From: Desulfosudaceae bacterium
GTDB taxonomy: Bacteria; Desulfobacterota; Desulfobacteria; Desulfobacterales; Desulfosudaceae
Direction of reading: 5' to 3'
DNA: 64,000 bases
NCBI GenBank assembly: GCA_963674745.2
Contig: CAXXDV010000001.1
Coordinates: 352,001 to 416,000 of the forward strand
In this document: piece by piece, positions 47,500-57,577 of the stretch
How the letters are laid out: every line of letters begins with the position of its first letter
Position numbering within the stretch: position 1 is the first letter of the stretch
Notes under the pieces: model-generated
Database searches by the model: none
What the model saw: only the letters and a program-made list of their open reading frames with translations
Told to the model about the DNA's origin: nothing
Made by a program: the position numbers and the translations under genes

Positions 47500-50151
47500 T
47501 CAACGTGTTCTGTCATCCGGCCCGTAGGCCTCTACCTCGTTCAACGACAGTACACACATGCCCGAAGCTTTTATATTGATATACCGCAGGGATTCTACCG
47601 GTTCAAAGACCAGTGCCTGGCAGTCTTTCCGGCTTAAAGTGCGGATCCGGGTTTCCCGCCACTGATTGCCATCCTCAGAAATTGACACGACCAGAGGCGG
47701 GCAATTGAGCTGATCATCGAAAAAGCCGGTACACAAGAAAATCCGCTCCACTAGAAATGAACGCCCCAGATCAACCTGCCACCAGGGTGTTTCCTGCCGA
47801 TCGGTAAAAAAACAAGAATCCATTCCCCGGCCGCCGTCAACCGCGTGACGGCTGTTGTAGAGATAAGGATAACCCGGTTTATGACTGCTCATCTGCGTCG
47901 CCTTGCCGAATGCCAGATTGATCGGCGCTGATGCCGGCCGAGACCGCCAACTGTAACGGGTACCGAGGTTGTCGCCGGTATAAAGGCTGGCATACCATAA
48001 CCAAAACAGACCGGCCCCCACGATAATGCCGGCGATGGCGATACCCGCCCCGTAAAACCCGGAGACACGCCGTATACCGACCAGGATGATCACCATACCC
48101 AGCGTCAGGCAGCTGATCACCATACCGTAAAAAGCGGCACTGCTCCAATATCGAAATTCTACTGTATGCTTACCGGGGGTAAGCCAAACAGCGTGGGCCA
48201 CACCGTTGGCCGGCCAGGTAACTGTTTTTCGGCCATCTACACGGGCCTGCCAGTGTCCGGAACGGGGGTATGAAAACACAAAAAATGACGGGCGGCAGGC
48301 TGTGGCGGAAAAAACCATTCGATTATAGGCGCTGTAGGTCAGATTGACCTGATCTTGTACAGATTCACAATTTTCATATTTCAAGGGTGAGACGGGTAAA
48401 GCTGAAAAGCCTTCAATAATAACCTCGTCCGCCTGCCGGTCGTCGTTCAACATCCGATATGCTTCATCAATATCAGAAGCAACGCTAAAGCGACGGTATA
48501 TTTTTGCCAGATCCGGCGCCATGAAATAGTTGTTTAACTGACGGACGATAATGCGGCTACCCGCGTGCTGGTTTAAAAAAAATACCGGTTGAAAATTAAT
48601 GGCTGCTTTTTTTTGCGCCAGGATCTGATCATATGTCAGTGTTTTCTCTTTTGGCACAATGGCATAAGGGCCAAAACGAAAGAAAACCAGCAACTGGACA
48701 ACCGTGAACACGGCCAGAAGAAGCCCAGCACCCCTGCGATGACCGGCAGGGAAAAAACAAACCGACACCAGGCACAGGATAACCAGGCTGATTGTCAGAG
48801 AAAACGGTCTGACCCATCCCGGAATGGATCGGATATGATACGGACAGCCATAGTTGACATTTTCAAAAAAATGGCCCGGCAGGCAGAGATAAACCACTAC
48901 CAGAATAAAAGCCACTATGGCCGTAACGGCCACCGGGTTGAACGGCGTGCCCCCGCCCGGCTCTGAAACAGTTGCCGCCAGCCATGTCAGAACCATCATA
49001 AACAGAAGGGGAAGCATGAGGGCGATCCGCCCCGGCCCGCGAAGGGCCGAAATCAGGGGAATATGTTCCCAGGCCCAGCGATGAACCGTTGTCAGGGGAC
49101 CCTGCATGTAAAAACAGACGATAACAATGACTCCGAGCAGGGCCCAGATCACCGGCGGCACTTTTATCCGGAAAAAGACCAACACCACCGGCGCGATCAC
49201 GGCGATCAGGAAAAGCGGCGATCCGCCGAACATGGAAAATCCCGACCCCAGGGGGAAAAAGAAATTATTCAGAAAACCCGGCAGGGTGTCGGTCCATTGA
49301 ACAGCCCATTGATAGGTCTGATCAACCCTGCCCGAGCTGTTGCGCATATAATCCCAGAAAAAAGGCAACAGGTAGGCGGATGAAAGCAGCATACCCGTGC
49401 CACAAAAAAGCCCGGTTTTCCCCCAGAAACGGACAATTTCTTTCAAACCGCTTTTTTTTGCACCCCTTGAAATCGAATTGTAAAGAAACGGCAAAGTCAA
49501 AGCGAATATCACCGTCCCAATCACACCATAAAACACCATGGGCGGAAAATCACTGGTAATCAGCCAGTAAGTGGTGCCGACAATCAGCAACGGGGGGCGC
49601 CAGCCGGTTTGTTTCAGGTAATAACAGCCGATGGCGCTACAGAGCAACAATGTACCGGTATATGCTTCCAGGGCGGTAGCGTTCCAGAAGATCGCCAGCA
49701 TGCGAAGGTTATAAACAGTAATCAGCGAAAAGATAAAAGCCGTGGTCGGCCCCAGCCGCATTTGCTTTAGAAACCGGAACAGGCAAAAATGGCAGAAGGC
49801 CAAGATGATCAACCTGAAAAGGGTAATCCATTCCAGCGAATACCCCTGCCAGAAACCCGGCATAAATGTGGCCAGGTAACCCATGGGATGATAGAGCTGG
49901 GCATGCGGATAAACCGAAGACTGGCCGTAATAACAGGCCGGGGCGTACAGCGGGAAAGAACCGCTTTTTACGGAAAACAACAGATCAAGCTGGTGATATA
50001 CATGATAATTGATATAATCGCTACCGAGCGACTGGCTGGAAACAAACGGCAACATCCAGTAAAACAGTACCAACGGCAGCAGAAATATTATCAGGTGAAC
50101 AAAACCGTTTTCTGAGAATCGTTTTTTCAATGTTAGATAAAATTGTCCCAT
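47500..50151 (-). CDS. YfhO-like polytopic membrane protein with C-terminal discoidin/F5-8 domain
   Basis: Many TMs, WQARVDG..GKHTVEFRY YfhO-type motif, NLAFGK..PWWQVDLG..LNEVEAY. Confidence 0.8.
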   Translation of the reverse strand: MGQFYLTLKKRFSENGFVHLIIFLLPLVLFYWMLPFVSSQSLGSDYINYHVYHQLDLLFSVKSGSFPLYAPACYYGQSSVYPHAQLYHPMGYLATFMPGFWQGYSLEWITLFRLIILAFCHFCLFRFLKQMRLGPTTAFIFSLITVYNLRMLAIFWNATALEAYTGTLLLCSAIGCYYLKQTGWRPPLLIVGTTYWLITSDFPPMVFYGVIGTVIFALTLPFLYNSISRGAKKSGLKEIVRFWGKTGLFCGTGMLLSSAYLLPFFWDYMRNSSGRVDQTYQWAVQWTDTLPGFLNNFFFPLGSGFSMFGGSPLFLIAVIAPVVLVFFRIKVPPVIWALLGVIVIVCFYMQGPLTTVHRWAWEHIPLISALRGPGRIALMLPLLFMMVLTWLAATVSEPGGGTPFNPVAVTAIVAFILVVVYLCLPGHFFENVNYGCPYHIRSIPGWVRPFSLTISLVILCLVSVCFFPAGHRRGAGLLLAVFTVVQLLVFFRFGPYAIVPKEKTLTYDQILAQKKAAINFQPVFFLNQHAGSRIIVRQLNNYFMAPDLAKIYRRFSVASDIDEAYRMLNDDRQADEVIIEGFSALPVSPLKYENCESVQDQVNLTYSAYNRMVFSATACRPSFFVFSYPRSGHWQARVDGRKTVTWPANGVAHAVWLTPGKHTVEFRYWSSAAFYGMVISCLTLGMVIILVGIRRVSGFYGAGIAIAGIIVGAGLFWLWYASLYTGDNLGTRYSWRSRPASAPINLAFGKATQMSSHKPGYPYLYNSRHAVDGGRGMDSCFFTDRQETPWWQVDLGRSFLVERIFLCTGFFDDQLNCPPLVVSISEDGNQWRETRIRTLSRKDCQALVFEPVESLRYINIKASGMCVLSLNEVEAYGPDDRTR

Positions 50152-50781
50152 CTCAATTTTTATAAGGCAGCCACCTTCCCAAATTGTTTAATATATAACA
50201 CATTGTATGAAAATATAAAGTTTGGTCGGTTTTCAATGTTTGAACATATCAGCGCTGCGCAAATTATTGTGAGATATCACCGTCCGGATTTTCTCATTTA
50301 TTAGTTAGAAAGGGTATGCTATTCAATATTTAAATTGATATTCGGAATCCGGCATGCCTTGCCAGTATTAACCTGTTCAGCAACACAAACAGCCAGACGT
50401 TTTCCCATGTCATATATCACCGCCCCCCGGAGTGCAGGGTTTCATTTTACTGGATGCCGAATCCGAATTTTAATCAAATGCAAGAACAGGGCGCAGTATG
50501 ACTGGAACCGGGTCCATGTCACCTGTCTTCAGTCCCGAATGAAAAAAATGTTGGAAATTTTGTCCATACCTAGCCTATGTATTGATAAGAAATTCGACGA
50601 ATATCTTGTTCCAGGCTGGCTTCACCCGGCCATTAGCTGTTACCGGCCTCTGGCCCGGATAAGGAAGAAAACATTATGCCACAATTTTCCGGTGTAAACG
50701 GCAGGGGCCAAGGGCCTTCTGAAACGGATGGCTCAGTGCAGGGGCCGACCACAGCCCTGGACATTATAGAAACGAGTTGGT

Positions 50782-52178
50782 ATGCCCAGAATACTGCTTA
50801 TTAAGCCCTATTCTTACAGCGACGTCATCACCCCCCCCCCCTGGGACTGGGTTACTTGGCGGCGAATCTGGATCAGAACACCGAGGTAATGATTTTTGAC
50901 GGTGTCCGGGACCAGTTGACACCCTCAAAGCTGACGGAGACAATCAAATTGTTTCAACCGGACATGGTCGGGTTATCAATTGTGTCTGCAGCATCAAAGA
51001 CGGTCCTTGATGATATCCGGGTTGTCCGTCGCCTTCTGCCCGACGCCGTCATTGTCGCCGGCGGTCCGCACCCCAGCCTGTTGCCCCACGAATTCAACGC
51101 GGCCGCGGAGGACAGTATTGACTATATATTACGTGGCGATGCTGAAACGGCATTCAGGATGCTGGTGGCGCGATGCTGGAATCAACGCAGCCGGGATATT
51201 TCCAGCCGGGACATCGCGGATATCCCGGGAATCTGGTCAAAAACACGGGACGGTATGGTTTCTTCGGATATACCGCTCAACCAGGCCTGTGATGAACTCG
51301 GCATCCCGGCATGGGATTTAATGCCGCCGGCCGAATATCCCAGGGTTCCTCAGGGGGAATTTTTCAAAAATTTTCCTGTGGCCCCGGTAATTACCAGTCG
51401 TGGATGTCCCTTTGAATGCGGTTTCTGCAGCGTGGCGGCTTTGAAGGGAAAAACGGTTCGGTTTCGCAGCCCCGACCTGATCGCCGACGAAATTCAACTC
51501 CTGAAAAACAAATTCGGCGTAAAAGAAATCCAGTTTGTTGACGACAATCTTACGGTTTCCAAAGAACACGTGCTGAGCGTCTGCGAAGCCATGCTAAACA
51601 GGAATCTAGACATTCCCTGGTCTTGCCCCAACGGTGTTCGAGTCGATACCCTGGATGATGACATTGTCGAGGCCATGAAAGCTGCCGGATGTTATTCTGT
51701 TTCCGTTGGTCTGGAAACCGCCAATCCCGACGTTCTGGAACGAATGAACAAGCATCTTGATCCGGATAAAGCCATCGAAGCCGTTCACCGGGTTGCCCGC
51801 AAAAAGATAGAGGTCAACGGCTTTTTTATTTTAGGTTATCCAGGCGACAATGAGGCGAACATTAAAGACACGATCCGCCTGGCCAAACGACTGCCTTTGA
51901 CCCGGGCACACTTCATGCTTTTTACGCCTTTCCCGGGTAGCCGGGAATACGAACGGCTGTCCCGGGTTTCCGGGAATCGTGTACCACATGACGCCACTTT
52001 TGCCCAGGTCTCTTATGTGCCACACGGGATGACGAAAAAGGATCTTAAACGTCTTCACCGACGGGCATTTATCGAATTCTACGCCCGTCCTGCTGCCGCT
52101 TGGAAGCTGGTGAAGGCAGTAAATTCTCTGAACGGGCTTTACTATTTTCTGCGAAGAACGTTTCACTGGTTGGGATAA
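50782..52178 (+). CDS. B12-binding radical SAM protein, frameshifted at a C11 tract
   Basis: MPRILLIKP...VITPP | LGLGYLAA split across 50831-50841; GGPH, SRGCPFECGFC. Confidence 0.85.
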
Positions 52179-53426
52179 ATGGCCGGAACAGGCAACACCA
52201 TCATACTGCTCAATCCGCCTTATCGGAAAAAGATACTGCGGGATTACTACTGCTCCACATTTCCCAAAGCGCCATATTACTGGCAGCCCATTGATCTGCT
52301 GTCTGTGGCGGCCATTCTAAACGGCAAAGCGGATATCCAGGTAATCGATGCTGTTGCCCGGCGACTGACGGCAAGCCAGGTTGAAAGTATCATGGCCGAA
52401 CAGGCGCCTCGAGCCGTATTCATGCTGGTTTCCTCTTTAACGAAAGACGCCGATCTGACGCTGGCCAAAAGGATCAAGAAACCGGGACGACGAATCGTAA
52501 TCGGGGGAGAAATCGCACTTGCCCCTGATTTCGACTTTGCACAACATGATGCCGTTGACGGCCTGCTGCTGGACTTTACCGATGAGGGGGCGGTTGGATT
52601 CATTGCCGGTGAAAATCCAACCGGCAGGTTGAGAACCCCGTGGCATGCCCCCGCCACGCCACGAATCGGACACCGATATAACCTGGGCATAATGCCCCAT
52701 CACCTTCTGGATAATAGCCGATACCGTCTGCCGCTCTGGCAGGGCCGTTTTTATTCCCTGCTGACAGATTTCGGTTGCCCCTTTAACTGCCGTTTCTGTA
52801 ACTCAGGAAGACAATCCATCGGTTTCAAGTTAAGGGATTTGGCGGAAGTCGCAGAAGAAGCCAGGCAGCTAAAAAGACTCGGGGCAAAAAAAATCTTTAT
52901 CAAGGACATGACTTTTGGGGCAGACCGGTCTCATGCCGAATCGGTTTTATCCATACTGGCGCCCTATGGTTTCAGACTGAGGGGATACCTGCGGGCCGAC
53001 CTGATAACCCAGAAGTTTGCCGGTTTGTTGAAAGCGGCCGGGTTTGAACTGGCACAGATCGGTGTGGAGCGCCCCCTGGAAGACGTCAGACGCGGTTTAG
53101 GAAAAAATATTCCCGACGCAGTTATCGCCGACGCCTTTCAAATTCTACGCCGGATCGGAATTGATGCCGGCGCTCACTTTATCGTCGGTTTTGAGGGTGA
53201 CGGCACAGGAACAGCAGGCGCCTGTATCAAACAAGCCCGGGCCCTTGGAGCGGCTTATTGTTCCATCAATATTTATCAACATCGTCTGGGGGCATCCGCC
53301 CTGCCGGCATTATCCGGCTGGGGGAAACACGCACTCTCTCTTTGCGCCGGTTTTAACATGGCCAGATATAACGGCCGCCGTCAAATAAGCTGCCTATGGA
53401 AAAATATGAGGGCCGGGAACAGATAA
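52179..53426 (+). CDS. B12-binding radical SAM protein (divergent)
   Basis: ILLNPP, GCPFNCRFC, IGVE; directly abuts the upstream gene. Confidence 0.8.
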   Translation: MAGTGNTIILLNPPYRKKILRDYYCSTFPKAPYYWQPIDLLSVAAILNGKADIQVIDAVARRLTASQVESIMAEQAPRAVFMLVSSLTKDADLTLAKRIKKPGRRIVIGGEIALAPDFDFAQHDAVDGLLLDFTDEGAVGFIAGENPTGRLRTPWHAPATPRIGHRYNLGIMPHHLLDNSRYRLPLWQGRFYSLLTDFGCPFNCRFCNSGRQSIGFKLRDLAEVAEEARQLKRLGAKKIFIKDMTFGADRSHAESVLSILAPYGFRLRGYLRADLITQKFAGLLKAAGFELAQIGVERPLEDVRRGLGKNIPDAVIADAFQILRRIGIDAGAHFIVGFEGDGTGTAGACIKQARALGAAYCSINIYQHRLGASALPALSGWGKHALSLCAGFNMARYNGRRQISCLWKNMRAGNR

Positions 53427-53460
53427 TATTGTCTGGTTTCCCCGGACAGCGTCAAGATGG

Positions 53461-53706
53461 CCGAAAATTATAATTTTCTCGTTTAAAAAACCTGTTTCTT
53501 TTAACCTGTAACCCCGGACCGCATCCCTGCCTGTGAATAAAACGCATTGGGAAACCGCGGGAATAGAACAGGTTTTCCGGGACAAAACACTGACCGTTCG
53601 ACCGGAAAAACCGGTTGTAGCACGTTATATCCGTATCGCTGCTTCAGGAACATACCGCTTGTGTTTAAATGAAGTGGCGATTTACCCACTGCTTCCTGAA
53701 AACTGA
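53461..53706 (+). pseudogene. Relic discoidin-domain fragment paralogous to the C-terminus of 47500-50151
   Basis: KIIIF..FNL*P..HWET..PVVARYIRIAASGTYRLCLNEVAIY vs RIFL..LNCPP..QWRE..PVESLRYINIKASGMCVLSLNEVEAY. Confidence 0.75.
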
Positions 53707-53779
53707 CGGTTTTTTAACAATAATGAATTTAATCAGTGATTTTGGGTTGACAATCCGCCATTCAGCGTCACAATATGCC

Positions 53780-53930
53780 ATATGGGCACCTCTAAAAATT
53801 GTCTTAGGGCCCGATGTCGGTGTTGTGCTCAAATTTTAATCCTCGAGATACTTCAATGTATTCCTCCGGTTAAAATTTTCACACGCCTTGACCTCGAACC
53901 AGAATGCTATTTTTTAAAAGTAGCCCATAT
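53780..53930. mobile_element. MITE-like element upstream of iscU
   Basis: Terminal IRs ATATGGGCACCTCTAAAAAT / ATTTTTTAAAAGTAGCCCATAT; internal dyad AAATTTTAATC..GGTTAAAATTT. Confidence 0.65.
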
Positions 53931-53960
53931 AAATAAGACAATAACAGTCAGGAGAAACAG

Positions 53961-54482
53961 ATGCTTTATTCAAAAACAGTCATGGATCACTTCAGAAGCC
54001 CCAGAAATGTCGGCGAAATCGAAGACGCTGACGGTGTTGGCGAGGTCGGCAACCCCATTTGCGGGGACATGATGACCATCTACATCAAAGTCGTGGATGA
54101 ACATATAAAAGACATTAAATTCCAGACTTTCGGGTGCGGCTCCGCCATTGCGGTATCGAGCATGCTGACGGAAATCGCCATGGGTAAATCAATTGAAGAG
54201 GCCAAGAAAATCACCAACAAGGACGTGGCCGAAGCGTTGGACGGTCTGCCCAAAAACAAGCTGCACTGCTCCAACCTGGGCGCTGACGCCCTGCAGATGG
54301 CCATAAAAGACTACGAAGACAGGAAAGCGGGCATCGTCCGGCCGAGAGAAGAGCACCGGGAAAAACATGTCCATATCCATGAAGACGGTTCCTGCCATTG
54401 CCCCTACTGTGATTCGGAAGTGGATCAGGATGCCAAGTTCTGCAATGCCTGCCTGTCGGACATCGACGAAGATGAGCATTAA
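53961..54482 (+). CDS. iscU: Fe-S scaffold IscU/NifU-N with His-rich linker and C-terminal zinc ribbon
   Basis: MDHF..PRNVG, CGD, FGCGSAIA, HCSN; tail HVHIHE, CPYC..CNAC. Confidence 0.9.
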   Translation: MLYSKTVMDHFRSPRNVGEIEDADGVGEVGNPICGDMMTIYIKVVDEHIKDIKFQTFGCGSAIAVSSMLTEIAMGKSIEEAKKITNKDVAEALDGLPKNKLHCSNLGADALQMAIKDYEDRKAGIVRPREEHREKHVHIHEDGSCHCPYCDSEVDQDAKFCNACLSDIDEDEH

Positions 54483-54541
54483 ACATGTGTGCTTAATTAA
54501 TAGCCGCCTTTAATTTGCACCAAGACTACACGGAGTCAGCC

Positions 54542-55709
54542 ATGAGCAAAATCAATCTGGACCATATATCCGCCAGCCATTTGTTACCGGAAGTGCAGGA
54601 GGCCATGATCAAGGCCATTCAAGGGACGCTGGGCAACCCCTCCAGCCAGAACATGGAAGGGGAACGCGCGTCCGCCATGCTGGGAAAAGCCCGGGAATCA
54701 GTCGCCGGCCTGATCAATGCCCAATACCCGACTGAAGTTGTTTTTAACTCCTGCGGCACCGAATCCATCAACCACGCCATCAAGGGCGTGGCCAGAGCCA
54801 ACACTAAAAAAGGCAACCATATTGTCACCTCCAATATTGAACATAACGCCGTCAACCGCAGCTTAAAACGACTGATGCAGCTGGGGTGCAAAAGTACCGC
54901 CGTCGCCGTTGACAACAAGGGGCTGGTTGATCCGGAAGAGGTGGCCCGGGCCATTACCGACGAAACGATACTTGTGTCGATCATGCACAGCAACAACGAA
55001 ATCGGCACCATCCAACCCCTCAAGGAAATCGCTCAAATTACCAGAGAAAAAAAGGTGATCCTGCACACCGATGCCGTGGATTCTGTTGGTATCGTGCCGA
55101 TTGATGTCGAGGACCTGGGCGTTGACCTGATGAGCTTTGCCTCAAACCCCTTTTACGGCCCGACCGGAGTGGGTGGACTGTACATCCGGCGCGGTACCAA
55201 CGTCTGGCCCATTATCGACGGCGGGGTCCAGGAAAAAAAACCGTCGGGCCGGCACGGAAAACCTGATCGGCATTATCGGCATGGGCGTGGCTTCAGACCT
55301 GGCCCGTCGCGACATGAATGACAGGCTGACCCATCTCAAAAAGCTGAAAAGCCTCCTGTTGAACGAGTTGCCCAATTATGTCGATGAATACATCATTAAC
55401 GGCGACGTGGAAAACGGCCTGCCCAACCTGGTGTCTGTCTCCCTCAAATATATCGAGGGCGAAAGCATCATGCTCATGCTGGATGATGAAGGCTTTACCG
55501 TATCCACCCGGTCTGCCTGCGCCACCGGTTCGCTGCGGGCATCCCATGTACTGATGGCCATCGGCCTGGACCATGCCGACGCCCAGGGTACCCTGGTCAT
55601 TACCCTGGGAGTGGAAAACACCGAGGACGACATCATCAACTTTTTAAAAGCCCTTAAAAGCATCGTGGATTCACTTCGGGCCATGTCCCCGCTGTACAAA
55701 AATCGATAA
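54542..55709 (+). CDS. iscS: Cysteine desulfurase (IscS/NifS)-like protein lacking the PLP lysine; frameshift at an A8 tract
   Basis: GNPSS, GTESIN, IEH, NNEIG, RAGTEN, SACAT; FASNPFYGP replaces SxHKxxGP; frame break at 55233-55240. Confidence 0.85.
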
Positions 55710-56043
55710 TCCCAAAGATTACCCGTCCATCCGCAAAGGAACGCGTAATTTATACAGGAATCAATCCGTTGCCTGATTTTCATTGGTAAAGGAATAACTG
55801 GAAAAATATTGACATACATTGCCGGTCTTGCTAAGAAGAATGTCCATAAGCATTTTTTTTGACAACATCGCTGTGTGCGTTTCCCGGTTCAATAGAGTTA
55901 AACAAAGGTCTTCTGAACTCTTTTCCATGCCATTACAACGGTGTTATCAAAAACCCAACCGGCACTGAGGGTGAGCTACCATACTGATATCACATAAATT
56001 GACACCATAGCTGTTCTCTTAATGATTTTTTAATGGGGGGGCC

Positions 56044-57561
56044 ATGACAAAATATCGTACTGTCTTTCATTTCCTGTTGATCCTGCTGGGTTTGTCATTA
56101 CCCGTGGGGGCGGCGCAGGATGCCCGGCAAAACGGGCAGGCCATGTTCCGCATGGGGGTATTCGCCTATGAAAGCGGAGACTATAAAACCGCTGAAAGCT
56201 ATCTCAAGCAGGCGCTTGTATCCGATGAAAACAACGCCTATGTCAATTATTATCTGGGCAATGTCTATCTGCATACCGGAAACTATTCCCGGGCGGCGGT
56301 GTTTTTTGACAAAACCCGGAGCCTGGATAAAAGCCTGCCCGACCTGGCTTATAACTGGGCCTATGTCAATTTCAAGCTGAACAATTTCGACGCAGCCGGG
56401 CAATTGTTTGAAAAGCTGACGGCCTCGGAACCCGACAATGTCCTGGCCCATTACTACGCCGGCCTGTCTTTATTCAAGCAGGGCAAATATCAGCCGGCCC
56501 TACCGTTTTTAGACCGGGCCGTACGGATGAATACGCCTGTCAGCTGCCACGCCGATTATCATGCGGCCCTATGTGATCTGCAGCTCAAGAACACGGATTC
56601 AGCCAGAGATCGCCTGACACGCGTTCAGGAAAATACCGCCGAAGAAGACCTGCGCCGGGCCGCGACCGATCTTCTGGAAAGAATCAGGCGTGGTGAGCAA
56701 CCCGGAAAGCGCTATGCCCTGACGGCCAAGCTGGGCTGGGAGTATGACGATAATGAAGCCCTGGAGCCCATCGACGACAACGATCTTTTCGCGGATGACG
56801 CCGATTATATTTTCAGCGGCTTCCTGTCAGCATCCTATGACCTGATCCGGACAGACCGTTTTATCTTTGGGGCCGGTTACAGCCATTACCTGACGATCCA
56901 TAAAGAAATCGAAGAGTACGATCTGTCGGCCAGCCTGTTTGACGTTTACGCCCGGTATCGCCGCAATGCCTATACCTATTCCTTTCAATACAACCCCGAC
57001 TATTACTGGCTGGACTCCGAGAGTTACCTGTGCCGGCATGAGTTCAGGTTTATTGTCAGCCGGATGTTTGACAATGTTTTAACGGAATTCACCGGCATCC
57101 ACAGGCGGGACAACAACATGTATGACCCCGATAAAGACGGTTATGCCAACGAGGTTTTTTTCAGGTGCCGGTACAGCCTGCCGGAAGAAAAAGGGGAACT
57201 GCGGGCCGGTCTGGGTTATGAGGTAAATACCGCCGACCATCGGGACCATGATTACAAGACCATCGGCACCGAACTGGCGGCGGCCTTCAACCTCGGCTGG
57301 GAGGTTTGCCTGACGCTCAGCGGCGAATGCGACTTTCAGCAATACGATCACACGGATTCTTTTTACGGAAAAAAGCGGGACGACACCCGGTTTATCGGAA
57401 ACATCCTGCTGTCCCGGAACATTTTCAACGACATGATCGCGGCCCATATCGGCTATGAGTACACCCGGAACAGATCGAACATAGATGATTTCAGTCAGTA
57501 CAACGCCAATTTCGATTATGAAAGTAATGCCGTCAAAGTTTTCCTGACGCTCACCATTTAA
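56044..57561 (+). CDS. TPR-containing outer-membrane beta-barrel protein (Slam/DUF560-like architecture)
   Basis: Signal peptide, TPRs, GWEYDDN barrel start, alternating aromatic strands, terminal VFLTLTI. Confidence 0.65.
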   Translation: MTKYRTVFHFLLILLGLSLPVGAAQDARQNGQAMFRMGVFAYESGDYKTAESYLKQALVSDENNAYVNYYLGNVYLHTGNYSRAAVFFDKTRSLDKSLPDLAYNWAYVNFKLNNFDAAGQLFEKLTASEPDNVLAHYYAGLSLFKQGKYQPALPFLDRAVRMNTPVSCHADYHAALCDLQLKNTDSARDRLTRVQENTAEEDLRRAATDLLERIRRGEQPGKRYALTAKLGWEYDDNEALEPIDDNDLFADDADYIFSGFLSASYDLIRTDRFIFGAGYSHYLTIHKEIEEYDLSASLFDVYARYRRNAYTYSFQYNPDYYWLDSESYLCRHEFRFIVSRMFDNVLTEFTGIHRRDNNMYDPDKDGYANEVFFRCRYSLPEEKGELRAGLGYEVNTADHRDHDYKTIGTELAAAFNLGWEVCLTLSGECDFQQYDHTDSFYGKKRDDTRFIGNILLSRNIFNDMIAAHIGYEYTRNRSNIDDFSQYNANFDYESNAVKVFLTLTI

Positions 57562-57577
57562 TATTCAGGAGTCAACC

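Noticed and set aside
50335..50697. 120-aa ORF or possible YfhO N-terminal relic (FYWM, VPGWLHP similarities)
   Set aside because: TTG start without SD; matches too short and in different frames to support without an alignment
37735..53426. RiPP biosynthetic cluster
   Set aside because: No SPASM/RRE domains, peptidase or peptide exporter recognised; neighbours are glycosylation genes
34263..53930. Composite transposon bounded by the two MITE-like elements
   Set aside because: The two elements have different terminal repeats and the interval includes housekeeping purH
53782..54072. 96-aa Cys-containing ORF upstream of iscU
   Set aside because: Starts inside the MITE-like terminal repeat and overlaps iscU out of frame
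55710..56043. Riboswitch (c-di-GMP or cobalamin) upstream of the secreted-protein genes
   Set aside because: No recognisable consensus elements; only a promoter-like TTGACA-N17-TAAGAA
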